From Eledone cirrhosa (taxonomy: Eukaryota): a DNA stretch of 64,000 nucleotides. The notes beneath the pieces were generated by a model. The model was not told the DNA's origin, ran no database searches, and worked only from the letters and a program-made list of their open reading frames with translations. This document shows positions 28,190 to 44,062 of the stretch, in pieces (the stretch's first letter is position 1; the number at the start of each line of letters is the position of its first letter). The translations under genes and the position numbers were made by a program. Where the stretch lies: positions 289,602,001 through 289,666,000 of the forward strand of contig OZ024741.1 of NCBI GenBank assembly GCA_964016885.1. Direction: 5' to 3'.

Positions 28190-30513
28190 TTGATAGATAG
28201 AGTAGAAGAGGCGATTAGGAGTGGCAACGTGGCCGGCGTGCTGGCGTCAAGAACAGCCCTAGACCAGTTCTTTGACGCGAAGCCCGAGGGCTGCGTTGTC
28301 AGGAGTAAATACGTGCTCTGGGTAACGAGGGAGTCAAAGCTGTTAGCTGGGCCCGAGTGACAGATCAAAAAGTGGAAACAAGTCCACGATTCGGTCTTTG
28401 AAAGACCAGGATGGACGCGTGATCCTTGAACCTGAGCGGATGTACGCGTCCTTTCAACAGCGCTTTGCACGACTGTTCGGGAGGGGCGGCGGGCCGGGTG
28501 AGGCCATGGATTTCGGTCCATACCTCGACGGTCTGCCGCGGCTCTCCGCGAAAGGCCAATTTCAGCCGCTAAAATAGGGGAAGCGCTGAGTCAATGTGGC
28601 AAACATAAATCTCCCGGTCTCGATGGTCTACCATACGAACTTTATGTAGCGATGCCGGACTTGTTCTCTAATCTCCTCGAGGCGGTCTACTGCAACTGGC
28701 AACAGAACGGGAGAATTCCCAGTTCTGTGACCAAGAGCGTAGTCACGCTGGTGAGGAAGGACGAGAACAAGGGGGGTGACATACATAACTTCAGGCCCAT
28801 AACTCTGCTAAACACAGAGTTAAAGATTTTGGCCAAGGTGTTAGCGAAGAGGTTGGCGCTTGTCGTCGGGAACTTGGTGGGAGAAGCGCAGACATGCGCA
28901 ATCCCGTCCAGGTCCATACACGACAACCTCCACCTCATGCGATACATCGTAGAGAGGGTAGGAAACGAACCTGGCTTTGGTGGGAGCCCTGATCAACTTG
29001 GATCAATCTAAGGCATTCGATAGGGTCGACCATCGGTACCTTGATGCGGTGCTCGCGGCAGCAGGCTTCGGACCCGTTTTCAGGGGATGGATTGCTGCAA
29101 TGCACAGCAGCAACACCTGCTCGAGGGTCAAGGTGAACGGGTACCTCTCGGAGCCGTTCCAAATCGCGCGATCCATCCGACAGGGATGCCCTCTTTCCTC
29201 CCTTCTGTATGTGCTGGATCTCGAGCTACTACTGCGGAAGTTGGAGCTGTTGCAGGGAATCCCCTTGGAACTGGGATTGCGGAAAGCGGTGTCGGCTTAC
29301 GCCGATGACGTGACAGTAATGGTGCCGTGCGCCTCGGAAATCGGGCAGATCGGCACCTTACTGGAGGAATACGAAAGGTTTACAGGAGCCAAGCTGAACC
29401 GGGAAAGTCCGTCGGTTTGCAACTCGGACGTGGAGAGACAAACCGACGCCCAGAAGTGGGCCGAGTGCAAACTATCCCTGAAAGGTCGAGCGGAGGTTAC
29501 GAACACTTATATAGCGTCTGTCATCTACTACCGCTTGACCGTCGTGCCTTGCCCAGCGAAAATGCTCGCCGAAATGGAGCGCGCGCTCTTCCGATTCCTT
29601 TGGAAGAAGCGGGCCCCTTTGGTGAGAAGATCCATCTGCTGTCAACACCCTTCGAACGGAGGACTGGGGTGGTCTTGGCTGACGATGCGTAGACACGCAT
29701 TAAGACTACGGCACCTTCAGGTATTCGTCACCAGTCAGCCGGTGTGGGCCCTTTTAGTGAGGCGAGCCTTTCCGAGACTCGTCTCACTCACCGAGCTGCA
29801 ATCCTGGGTCAAGCAAAGACCGAGAAAAATGGACGACTGGCACATTGAATGCGCCCAGGAGCTCACAGCCCTCTGGCAAGCGGATCCGGCGATCAGTGGA
29901 GACTCAACCTCAACATTCTATAGAGGCTCTGGGCATGGAGGAAGACGAGCTAACCAGTCTGTTCGGTAGGACGTTTGACCCGGGACCGATGGACAATTTC
30001 CAAAAGTCCCTGGCTTGGCAGTGCTACCGAGTAGCTCTACCCGTTCGTGACAAGCTCAACAGACACGGGCGCCCGGGTAGGGACCCCTCGAAGAAGATCT
30101 GTCCGAGATGCGTGCGTGACGAGGAAACCGTCGCGCACGCATTCGTACACTGACCGGGCGTTGCTGACCTGTGGGGCTATGTGGAACGACTACTGTCGCG
30201 GGTGGGACCAATCCGGTTGACCACCGAGTACATTGTCACGACCAAACCGCCTCCCCGCTTCAAAAACGAAGGAGAAGCGGTTTTCCTCTGTGTGATAGCT
30301 ATGGCGAAAGAGGTATGGTGGACGAGGTTGAAAGGGCTGAGGTCAGATACTTTTCTCTCCGGCCAACAACTGGTCCTTTTTTTCAAGTACCATTTTAGAA
30401 GAAGGATCAGAATGGAGAGAGAGGTGCTCTACCCCAGCAAGTTTTATGAAAGGTGGGTGAAAGTGGCGCGAATGGCCCGAGTGAATGGGCCTTCTCTCTA
30501 TATCAGCCTGTAG
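28190..30513 (+). pseudogene. LINE ORF2 remnant: linker, reverse transcriptase and C-terminal zinc finger; endonuclease domain not seen
   Basis: KSPGLDGLPYELY, FRPITLLNTELKILAKVLAKRL, LDQSKAFDRVDH, IRQGCPLSSLLY, AYADDVTV, LSLKGR, GGLG, CPRC-x6-VAHAFVH followed by a stop where the last Cys is expected. Split over several frames. Confidence 0.92.
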
Positions 30514-30754
30514 GTGAGAGAGGAGTAGAAAGAGGAGAGGAAGGGAACACCCGCTCTTTGTGTTCCTGAGGTGGAGGGTCACATTTTTTCGGGGGTGTGT
30601 GCGACCTACGTGAACGCCCCCTCCCTATTGAGGACTTCGATTGTTGAATTTTATTTGTTATATGTTTTTACACGTCCTTTGAAATGTATGTAACCCCCCC
30701 CCCCTCTTGTATTTGTCCCAATCTTTGAGGCCCTGGTGGCAAATAAATAGAAAG

Positions 30755-30821
<67 letters not shown>

Positions 30822-31574
30822 CCAAAAGTCCCTGGCCTGGCAGTGCTACCGAGGAGCTCTACCAGTTCGAGACAAGCTCTACAGACATGGGCACCCGGGC
30901 AGGGACCCTGCAAAAAAGATCTGTCCGAGGTGCGTACGAGACGAAGAAACCGTCGCGCATGCATTCATACACTGCCCGGGCGTCACCGACCTATGGGGCT
31001 ATGTGGAACGAATATTGTCATGGGTGGGACCAATCCAGTTGACCACCGAGTCCATTGTCATGATCAAACCGCCACCCTCCTTCAAAAACGAAGGAGAGGC
31101 GGTTTTTCTTTGTGTGATAGCTATGGCGAAAGAGGTTGTATGGTGGACAAGGTTGAAAGGGCTGAGGTCAGACACCTTTCTCTCCGGCCAACTGATTCTT
31201 TTTTTCAAATACCACTTTGGAAGAAGAATCAGGATGGAGAGAGAGGTGCTATACCCCAGCAAGTTTTATGAAAGGTGGGTGAAAGTGGCGAGAATGGCCC
31301 GAGTGAATGGGCCTTCTCTCTATATCAGCCTGTAGGTTGAGGAAAAAGAGGAGGAGAGGAAAGGAGTACAAACACTTCCTACTCCTGGAGATGAGAGTTG
31401 CACATTTTTTTTTCGGGGGTATGTGTTACCCATATGTAATATCTCCCCCTATTGGGGAAAATAGATTAATAAATAAATTGCATTTGTGATAATATTTTAC
31501 ACGTTTTTATTATATGTAAACTACCCCTTTGTATTTGACCCCTTCTTTTGTGCCCCTGTGGCTAATAAAGAAAC
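30822..31574 (+). mobile_element. 5'-truncated second copy of the Tx1-type LINE, in tandem after the first
   Basis: Starts inside (TATC)n at CCAAAAGTCCCTGG (matches ~30000). ORF 31003-31335 is nearly identical to 30181-30513. Ends GTGGCTAATAAAGAAAC then (AT)n. Confidence 0.9.
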
Positions 31575-31622
31575 ATATATATATATATATATATATAGAT
31601 ATGTTTCTTTATTAGCCACAGG

Positions 31623-31658
<36 letters not shown>

Positions 31659-31722
31659 AAAAAAGATGAAATCGAAAATGCAACTGGAGACTTTTTTTAT
31701 AAGAATATATATTAATCTGGTT

Positions 31723-31755
31723 CTTTACCGGTTTCGCAGTTCTGCTTTTCAATAG
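31723..31755 (-). ncRNA. Minimal hammerhead with U3-A8 core variant, second copy
   Basis: Minus strand CTA-TTGAAAA-GCAG aa CTGC-GAAA-CCGG-TA-AAG. The island 31655-31775 is homologous to 18012-18140. Confidence 0.6.
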
Positions 31756-31770
31756 TAGATTTGTGGTTAT

Positions 31771-31838
<68 letters not shown>

Positions 31839-32089
31839 ATATATACGTGTGTGTGTGTGTGTGTGTGTGTGTATGTATAATATATATGATATATATATAT
31901 ATATAAATGAGTTTGTATGTGTGTTTGTGTATCTCAGTCACGTTTCCATTTTTCATCGGCGTTAAGCGACTGAAAGCAGAAAAATTCTATCTTGGCATGG
32001 TTGACCCCCAGTCACACGCACAGAGGAACACAAACATACACACACACACAAACACGCATGCTCACATGTATATCTATGCATGCGTGTGA

Positions 32090-32925
<836 letters not shown>

Positions 32926-33266
32926 GCAACATTTTTTCATGCATATATATAAATATATGTACATTCAAAGAACGAAAAGGAAACAGCTGCTTATTGATGT
33001 AAACGGCAATACATGCTCACATGTGTTAACAGTGGACCACAAATAACATCACACTCACACGTCTGTGTTCCTACAAATATATACACGCATAATCAGCGTA
33101 TATACCTATATATCTCAAGCAAATTAAAGAGATGCGAAAATGGGGATTGTGGTGAAATATTCTAACCTCTAACACTTCTGTTATCAATATTTAAATCTAC
33201 TAGAGCTATACCGGTTCAGCTGCTATGTAAACGTTTATGTGCGTTCGTGTGTATGTATGTATGTAA

Positions 33267-33366
<100 letters not shown>

Positions 33367-33442
33367 TATATATATATATATATATATTTATTTATATATA
33401 GATATATAAAGAAAGAAATATATATATATATATATATATATA

Positions 33443-33610
33443 TAACAAAGGAATTGTGGTAAGGAACAGATGGACTATAATGCACCAGAGTACTCAATAC
33501 TTAGGGTAGTAGATTGGGAAAAGGAAAAAAGTATGACCCCGACGGCAGAGCTCAAACCATTTCGACGGGTATTTCTGGACTCCAGAAATAGCCGTCCAGA
33601 AATTTCCTTA
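33443..33610. mobile_element. Palindromic family copy (B), right arm partly deleted
   Basis: TAACAAAGGAATTGTGG...CCAGAAATAGCCGTC...TTCCTT(AT)n. Confidence 0.8.
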
Positions 33611-33623
33611 TATATATATAAGG

Positions 33624-33668
<45 letters not shown>

Positions 33669-33729
33669 TATTCATATATATTCGTATATTTGTGTATGTA
33701 TATGTACATATATATATATATATATACTG

Positions 33730-33833
<104 letters not shown>

Positions 33834-34541
33834 ATATATATGCATAAATATGTATGTATTTATTCATATATATATATATATATGTATGTATAATTATATA
33901 CACATATGAATACACACACATACATACATATATATACATCTATAGATAGATTGATAGACACACGCACACACGCACACACACACACACATACATATATATA
34001 GAGAGAGAAGTGTGGAGAGAGATAGGTACGTATGTGTCTTTAGATGGGTGGATGTGTCTTCCTTGATTTGTATATTTGTGTGTATGTGTGGAAGCATATA
34101 TTGCCTCCATTAATACCCAACTAAATGAATTTTAAATCGAAAATGTAAAAGCGAATACACATGAAGAAATGATAAATACTTTTAAAAATAACAATAACAA
34201 TAATAGTTATCAAATCAATCGAAAAGTTATCAGTTCAACATAGGTCGGGAAACGTGACTGTGTTGACCAGGCAGAATCGATTTTAAAAAGAAGTGATGAC
34301 AACATATCACACGGCACTGCCTCAGTGATGACATAACGTAACGTTTACGAACAAAATCAGTCTCAGAAGGCGGTGTTCACGTTAATAGGAATTGAATAAT
34401 ATACAGAAACTACGAAAGACACATAGTAGCATACACAAACACACACACACATACACACATACATACACACACATACACACATACATACACACACACACAC
34501 ACATGCACACACACACACACGCACAAGCACACACACACACA

Positions 34542-34574
<33 letters not shown>

Positions 34575-34674
34575 CACACACACACACGCACACACGCACA
34601 CGCACACACACACGCACGCACACGCACACGCACACGCACTCGCACACACACACACACACACACGCACACACACA

Positions 34675-34932
<258 letters not shown>

Positions 34933-35033
34933 GAATAAGGAAATGCGAATTCTAGATATACTCCGTTTTTCCTATGTGGAAAGAATACGTCAAGTGGTTG
35001 AATTGAATTGCATCAATATTTACTGTAAGTATA

Positions 35034-35084
<51 letters not shown>

Positions 35085-35124
35085 AAGATTAGAGCAAACA
35101 TCACGAACGCTCTATCTCAGAATT

Positions 35125-35162
35125 ATTTTTGAAAAGCATTAGAAATGCGCAACCGGTAAAAT
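35125..35162 (+). ncRNA. Degenerate U3-A8 hammerhead, third copy (GAAA changed to GCAA)
   Basis: ATTT-TTGAAAA-GCAT tagaa ATGC-GCAA-CCGG-TA-AAAT. Stem sequences differ from the other copies but still pair. Confidence 0.55.
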
Positions 35163-35254
35163 CTTAAAACTGAAACTGAATACTAACCAATACTTATTCC
35201 TAATTAAACTATTTTTCACTGGAATAAATTTGTCAGCATTTTCTTTTCTTTTTA

Positions 35255-35310
<56 letters not shown>

Positions 35311-35499
35311 TATATATACACCACACCATTTTTCATTCATGTATATATATATATATATATATTTATTAAAATAAGGTTTTATCTGAAGACAAGGTGGGTC
35401 GCCATAACTGCAACAGTGTGTATATAATAAATATACGCATATTTACTACGTAGCAAGAACATATGAATTTCCTTGTAAATTATAAAACGTGATTTACAG

Positions 35500-35540
35500 C
35501 TTTAATCGATTTTCAGACCTAATAGGATCTTCATCAGAAG
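35500..35540 (-). ncRNA. Minimal type I hammerhead ribozyme, mirror copy of 35994-36034
   Basis: Exact reverse complement of the 35994-36034 motif. Confidence 0.82.
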
Positions 35541-35716
35541 GCGTGTATTTCATCCACACAACTACAGGGAAACAAATATTTGATGGGGTTATATACCTGC
35601 TTACACTTTGTATTATAGAGGTGGTAATTTGCATATATCTATATGTATATATATATATATATACATATAGATATATATATGTATATATATATATAATATA
35701 TATATATTATATATAT

Positions 35717-35869
<153 letters not shown>

Positions 35870-35993
35870 ATATATATATATATATAGATATATGCATATT
35901 AGTACCTCTATTTCAGCATAATACAATGTGTAAGCAGGTATATAACCCCATCAAATACTTGTTTCCCTGTAGTTGTGTGGATGAAATATACGC

Positions 35994-36034
35994 CTTCTGA
36001 TGAAGATCCTATTAGGTCTGAAAATCGATTAAAG
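35994..36034 (+). ncRNA. Minimal type I hammerhead ribozyme
   Basis: CTT-CTGATGA-AGATCCTATTAGGTCT-GAAA-ATCGAT-TA-AAG. Confidence 0.82.
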
Positions 36035-36192
36035 CTGTATATCACGTTTTATAATTTACAAGGAAATTCGTATGTTCTTGCTACGTAGTAAATATGTGTA
36101 TATTTATTATATACACACTGTTGCAGTTATGGCGACCCACCTTGTCTTCAGATAAAACCTTATTTTAATAAATATATATATATATATATATA

Positions 36193-36382
36193 TAACGAAG
36201 GAATTGTGGTAAGGAACTAGATGGACCATAACGCACCAGAGTACTCAATACTTAGGGTAGTAGAGTGGGTAATAGGAAAAGTTATGACCCCGACACCAGA
36301 GCTCAAGCCGTTTCGACGGCTATTTCTGTCCAGAAATAGCCGTCGAAACGGCTTGAGCTCTGGCGTCGCGGTCATACCTTTT

Positions 36383-36387
<5 letters not shown>
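36193..36387. mobile_element. Palindromic family copy (B), right arm ends at TTCCTAT
   Basis: Homology to the family and (AT)n flanks. Confidence 0.85.
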
Positions 36388-36424
<37 letters not shown>

Positions 36425-36822
36425 TGAAAAATGGCGTGCTTCGTTGTTGCGAATGTGTTACATGTGGGGTAAAATATAGACCAAGAAACCAGGACAATGC
36501 GTTATCAGTGATCTTCTGGCTATCATCGGTATTCTTCGCATTAAAGACCAGATATTTCAAGACAGTGCGAGCAATAACTAAAATAAGTTATTGGGATAAA
36601 CAGAATTGGGTGGAGAAAGATATATGTATATATATATGTATATACATATATCTTTTTTTTTGTGTGCCGGGATTTGCGATCGGTAGATAGTACTAGCAAT
36701 TAGAAAGACCAATGGAAACATTGATTCCTCGGGCCGACTTGACGAGCTCCACCCCACTCGTTAAGCGAGTGACGTCTGGGACCTTGTCGAACGGATATTA
36801 TAAATATACATATGTATAACAT

Positions 36823-36860
<38 letters not shown>

Positions 36861-36882
36861 AACATATATATATATATAGCAT

Positions 36883-36940
<58 letters not shown>

Positions 36941-36966
36941 AACATATATATATATAACATAACATA

Positions 36967-37004
<38 letters not shown>

Positions 37005-37013
37005 CATAACATA

Positions 37014-37076
<63 letters not shown>

Positions 37077-37363
37077 ATGTTTTGTTATGTATATATATAT
37101 GTATGTATGTCACATATGTATGCAGATATCCCTATATATATATCACAAATTTATTCTATTTGTCGGCTGCTTTACACACACATACATGTATATCTTGATT
37201 AACTACTAGTATGAGCGCTAATATTATGCAGATTAATACGTTTATTAGAATATACAATTATTAGTGATAGGACATGTAAGCTCCTAGATTACGTATTTTC
37301 GTTTGGTGTTTAGACGATATACGTTCATTCTGATGAATATTAATTTGCGTGAGTGTGTCTGTA

Positions 37364-37543
37364 AGAAGGTTGACTGAAAGTTTCATTGGGTGACTAAGAA
37401 GGATTGATGCTAGAGCTGTGAAACCTTGCCTCTTATTAATAACGAAATTGTTTCTTTCCAGAGACGTAGTTGAAAAATAAACCTCATTTGGTCAGTCCAT
37501 GTGAGTATCTTGGTCAGCCTATGAACTTTTCAGCCGACCCTCA
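37364..37543. mobile_element. Mariner-like MITE
   Basis: ~35-bp imperfect terminal inverted repeats, consensus GAGGGTCGGCTGAAAAGTTCATAGGCTGACCAAGA. Confidence 0.65.
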
Positions 37544-37573
37544 AATGTGTATGCGCGTGTCTGTATGTGAGTA

Positions 37574-37611
<38 letters not shown>

Positions 37612-37934
37612 TATACACGTGTTTGTGTGTGTGTCTTTGTGTGTGTGTGTGTAGCTAAGGCCATCAATTCCCTATAACGTAAATTTTATATAAACATGTA
37701 GGAAAGCAAAGCTATCCACGAGTTCAAGCAATTGTAATTCATAACGATATATACGATACGAGCCACTCATCAGAAACATATTGCATGAAAGGTAGTAAAG
37801 ATCACACGCGTCTATCAAATCCAAATACCAATCCTCTCATCATAACAACAACTAATTTGCTCAAATTACATGTATGAGGGTGACGGACCTAATCACGCTG
37901 CAGTCGTCATTTTGTGTAGTTTCTATAATAATCT

Positions 37935-37998
<64 letters not shown>

Positions 37999-38047
37999 AT
38001 ATATATATATATATATATATATACAATATATATATATATATATACAG

Positions 38048-38138
<91 letters not shown>

Positions 38139-38152
38139 ACATATACATCTAT

Positions 38153-38202
<50 letters not shown>

Positions 38203-38211
38203 ACATATACA

Positions 38212-38358
<147 letters not shown>

Positions 38359-38783
38359 TGTTTTGTGAAACTAATATGTAACATAGAGAATGTTAGTAAG
38401 AAGAATCTGTGAAATGATGTTGACACATAGATAGGTATTTGGAAAATATCATATTAGTTACATCCCCATTCTATAAACGTTCATTTAATTGCTGAAATAA
38501 ATGCAATTGACTAAATACGTTGTATGGAAACGGCTACAGATGTGCTTATGTATTTGCACTAAATCTACAGATTGAAGGATAATATATTTATAAAACGCTG
38601 CATCATATAAAAATCACGGTAATGAGGTGTCTACATGTATGCAACAGGTGCATTAATCATAAATGAATACATTTGCCTTTATATTAGCGATAACAGGTAT
38701 ATATATTTGTGTGCTTGTAAATATATATATAATCATATATATATATCATATATATATATATATATATATATCATAATATATAT

Positions 38784-38820
<37 letters not shown>

Positions 38821-38875
38821 ATGTATGTATTTATATATGTATATATTTATATATCTATATATATATATCTATATT

Positions 38876-39458
<583 letters not shown>

Positions 39459-39844
39459 ATATATATTTATATATATATATATTTGTGTGTGTGTGTGTGT
39501 GTGTGTGTGAATAGTCATCTATATGAATTATATTTGCACAAACACAAAGGAATACACATACACATGTTTGTGTGAGGGTGAGAGTTTGTGATTTTAGAGA
39601 ATTTTATGGGAACATAATAAAACTAGTTCTTATTTCAGTCTGGTATTTATAATATTGATTTACGGCGGTAAATGTGTAGAGTAGGTAGAGATGGCTCCGT
39701 ATTGGTAGAATCATTTTATTTTGGATAGAATGTCTTGCTGTATTAGTCTGGACTGCTTGTGCTTTGGGTTGATGTCTTGACGAGATCAACATTGTCTCTC
39801 AACCCTTTTTGGTAGTCGTTAAAAAAGGGATAGTCCAGTATAAT

Positions 39845-40440
39845 GTAATTTCATGAGATATTTTGCAGTATCTGTTACGGCTGTCGTCTGGTCGTTGAGT
39901 TTACAAACAGCTAAACACAGCTCTACCTGTCACCCAATTTGGAGATATCTAATGTTACAACCCCGAACAGTGTATGAGAGGAAAGGTTACAGCATCGTAC
40001 GAAATTCATGAGATATTTTGTGGTATGTGTTCCAGCTGTGGTCTAGTCATTGAGTTTTCATACAGCTGCAACCATTACAGAAATGATATATAATATTACG
40101 ACACAGAACGGTGTATGAGAGAAATGTTTAGAAAGTCATGGACAACCCGCTGCCCACGAAGCTTTCTGAATGGATCATCTAAGTCACCTAAGTGGTGATT
40201 TTTTTACCCCAACTTTTCAGTCGTAATTTAACTCTATCAGCTTTACGATCGACGAGAACAACGTGTACGATTTCTGAAGAAAACAATCAAAACAACTTGA
40301 GTTACCGCTCTTTTTTTTTAGGAGGGCACGAATGTAATTTAACGCTTGCGGCCCGCCTGATGATGAGCCATATCACATGCGGCCCGCTTCTGGAAGAAGG
40401 TTGCCCATGCCTGGTTTAGAGCATCGTACGAAATGTCATT
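39845..40440. repeat. Old diverged ~155-bp tandem repeat interrupted by the hAT element
   Basis: TTCATGAGATATTTTG, GTGTATGAGAG and GCATCGTACGAAAT each occur twice. Confidence 0.55.
40133..40413. mobile_element. hAT (Charlie-like) non-autonomous element
   Basis: Right terminus GGTTGCCCATGCCTG, degenerate left terminus AAGTCATGGACAACC, subterminal TGCGGCCCG repeats, flanking duplication GTTTAGA. Confidence 0.65.
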
Positions 40441-41784
40441 TGACACCAGTTCTAACGTTTGACATTCGAAGACAATTCAAATTTCGCCATTTATTTCCAT
40501 ATAATAATTGCACGGATGGAAAAAGGCATCACTTTTGCTAACATTGATAGACCTCCTATGTCAGACGGAACAGGCATCGCTTGTAGCTATGAATATCATA
40601 TATGTGTGTAAGTGTACATACACGCAATGTGCATGTATGTATGTATATAGATATGTATCTAAGAACTTGAGTATATATGTATGTATGTATATATGTATAT
40701 ATGTATGTATGCATGTATGCATGTATGTATCTAATTATGCATATATATATACAAGTATGTATGTATGAATTTATATATGTATGCATTTATGTATGCATGT
40801 ATGTATGTATTATATGTTCGGGGACATGGAAATACTCGGTTTGGTGTCAGATCGAGCGGTTAGCCCACAGGGAGTGAGAGATCCCTATAGCTTGTTAGGA
40901 CATAATACTAGGAGAAGGAAAATTCTGATGTAAAACCTACAAATTGATGGTAGCCAACGACGTTAACCTGTTATCTTTACATATCTATCACCGTTCAACA
41001 GATAATAGCTTGCTCCGGTGCACGGCCTTTCTTCAATAAAAAAAAATTAATGCCTAGGCATTATTTGATCTAAACGATGTTCACCCGTGTTGCCTGAGCA
41101 TGGCCTTTTCTTTTTCCTTTCGATGCAGCATATGCAGAAAGGAATCAAAGTCCTTAGTGAGGATTGGGGGTGCTAAAAAGACATGTTCGTGTCACCAGTG
41201 TTTGATAAAAAGATCAAGGAATGACAATTCTTGAAATTGAGATGCAGACATTTTGCTTGGTGAGGAGGGTGATTTTGATATCCTACTGGATGAAAAACAA
41301 CACCAGTCAAATGTCGAAGGAACTCAGAAGAGTCAACGGACATCCAATAAAGATTTTTTTTTTGTGGAGCGAGAGACTCCTAGTCTTTATTAAGACATCT
41401 TTCTAAGTAAAGGTCACTCTACTATAAAACCTATGACTTCGTTTGCATCCAATGATGTAGACCAGTTCTACTTTTAGGATAAATGAATTAAAAAAAGCTT
41501 CAAGCACAAGCATCACTTAATATCTAACATTTTTTGCAATGCATGACATAGCTGGCCATAGGCATGTCCCTAGCAGGACTAAAAAGCCATGTCCGTGATG
41601 CTCAATCTTAAGTATCAAGCGATAGCATTACTCGAAATAGAGTTGCAGTCTTCATCATCATCATATATATGTTTGTGTATGTATGTATGTATGTATGTAT
41701 GTATGTATGTATGTATGTATGTATGTATGTATGTATGTATGTATGTATGTATGTATGTATGTATGTATGTGTATATGTATGTAT

Positions 41785-42392
41785 CAGGTCACTAGTTGGT
41801 GCTACTGGTAACATGTATCCCAGTACAACCTGTCTCATGGTCGGGTCGTTGGCGACTAAACTGGCAACCCCACCAAGGTTTCCTGGTGAGGAGGGTGACT
41901 TTGGACATCTTGCAGGACTAAAAACAAAACCTGTCAAAGGGCAAAGGAGCTCTTAAGAGTCAATGGCCATCCAAAATCACCGGCTGAGATTACCCCTTAG
42001 CCTTTGTCAAGGCAGAATTCTAGGAGAAGGAAAACTCTGATATAACACCTGCAACCCTGATGGTATCCAATGATGTTGACTTGTTCTTCTTTTTGGTAAA
42101 TATCATCTTGGTTAAGAGAGTGGGACTGGCTTTGTGCAGTGCCTTTGCTCACTATAAAAGCTTCACGGCACAGGCATTGCTTTATATCTGGAGATCTCTC
42201 TGCACTTGTCGTCACATGGTACCATAGGCCCAGCACTATGTGTCAATAATTGTCACAAGTGTAGTGTTTGTACCAGAGTTTTCAAGTCGCTGGCTGGACT
42301 AAAAAGTCACACTCGTTCAGCGCATCGGTGAGGGTTCTCCTACATGGATATAAAGTAGTGGCCGTACTCGAAAACGAGTTGGCAGCCACCAT
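41785..42392 (+). mobile_element. Non-autonomous bipartite RTE-derived retroelement between (GTAT)n arrays
   Basis: UTR-like 5' part fused to a C-terminal C2H2-like remnant (CSVCTRVFKSLAGL..SH) and a 3' stem-loop CTCGAAAACGAG, then (GTAT)n. No RT. Older relatives at 40817-41060, 41230-41660 and 49643-50263 (minus). Confidence 0.65.
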
Positions 42393-42543
42393 GTATGTAT
42401 GTATGTATGTATGTATGTATGTATGTATGTATGTATGTATGTATGTATGTATGTATGTATGTATGTACGTACGTACGTATGATGTGTGTATGTATATATT
42501 TATGTATGTATGGATAGATATATAAATACACACACACAAACAT

Positions 42544-42599
<56 letters not shown>

Positions 42600-42604
<5 letters not shown>

Positions 42605-42786
42605 AACGAGTAGGACCCCGACGGCTAAGATCAAGCCGTTTCGACGGCTAATTCTGGACTAATCGAAACGGCTTGAGCTCAGCCATCGGGGTCTTACTCG
42701 TTCCTATTACCCACTCTACTATCCTAAGTATTGAGTACTTTGGTGCGTTATGGTCCACCTGGTTCCTTACCACATTTCCTTCGTTA
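42600..42786. mobile_element. Palindromic family copy (A), left arm starts at ATAGGAAC
   Basis: Homology to the family and (AT)n flanks. Confidence 0.85.
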
Positions 42787-42915
42787 TATATATATATATA
42801 TATTTAATGTACATTATTATATGTACGTGCATACATATAAAGAGAAACCTGCGTGTAATTGATGAAAGGCAAATGAAAGCATATGTGTGAGAATGTTGGT
42901 GTGTGTATATACATA

Positions 42916-43000
<85 letters not shown>

Positions 43001-43297
43001 ATATGTATATATGAGTATGTGTGAGACTATGTGTGCTTGTGTCTTTATGTTTGTATGCTCATGTATGTGTAGGTGTGTGTGCGTTTGTGGTGTATGTGGC
43101 AAAAAAGGAAATATAATCTGCTTGTGTGCAGTGTATCTGACTGTTAGCTGTTATGAAAATATTTACACAAAAGAAGATTAAAAGACTTATTGAATTATAT
43201 AATCGGACAGACAAATAGAGGAGGAAGAAGACGTATATAACATAGAAATACGATATATACATTAGCATTGTCTATATAATATATATGTACACACACA

Positions 43298-43373
<76 letters not shown>

Positions 43374-43385
43374 ACACACACACAC

Positions 43386-43444
<59 letters not shown>

Positions 43445-43550
43445 TATATGCGTGTGTGTTTGAATATGTGCGTGTGCACATGTGTTCGTAAGAGTGAGCG
43501 TGTATGGGTCTGTATAAAACGGAATGGAAAAATGAAGTTAGAGACACATC

Positions 43551-43622
<72 letters not shown>

Positions 43623-43628
43623 CATATG

Positions 43629-43671
<43 letters not shown>

Positions 43672-43674
43672 CAT

Positions 43675-43808
43675 TATTTTATATAGAAATGGGTTCTACA
43701 GGATTAGTACTGTTTCGTTCGTACCAAATAATCAGAAATGCACTCCTGATGATATCATACGAATGAAGCCGTGCTAGACACGTGGAAGCCATTTCTTTAT
43801 AAACTAAT
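43675..43808. mobile_element. Decayed head-to-head pair of hammerhead-like motifs
   Basis: Plus strand CTGATGA..TACGAATGAAGCCGTG..CACGTGGAAGCCATTTC aligns with minus strand CTGATTA..TACGAACGAAACAG..CTGTAGAACCCATTTC, centred on TGCA near 43740. Confidence 0.45.
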
Positions 43809-43945
43809 AGTGTTTATAATCTATTAATGTATTGAGTGCATTATTAACAGCTGTTAACTCGATTTAACACGGGATCTATCTATTTATCTATTTTCTATCC
43901 ATCTCTGTCTCTGTCTGTTTGTGTCTGTCTCTCTCTCTCTTTCTC

Positions 43946-43976
<31 letters not shown>

Positions 43977-43983
43977 AAACACG

Positions 43984-44062
<79 letters not shown>

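Larger units (their letters stand above)
26514..30754 (+). mobile_element. Near full-length decayed Tx1-type (L1 superfamily) non-LTR retrotransposon inserted in (TATC)n
   Basis: 5' UTR starts right after (TATC)n. ORF1 has a CCHC knuckle. ORF2 has RT motifs and a C-terminal zinc finger. The 3' end GGCAAATAAATAGAAAG runs into (TATC)n. Several frameshifts and deletions. Confidence 0.9.

Noticed and set aside
37722-37777. Minus-strand CTGATGA..GAAT..CAATTG motif
   Set aside because: GAAA is mutated and the stems are mostly wobble pairs. Too degenerate.
40355-40380. CTGATGATGAG inside the hAT element
   Set aside because: No GAAA or stems. Chance match.
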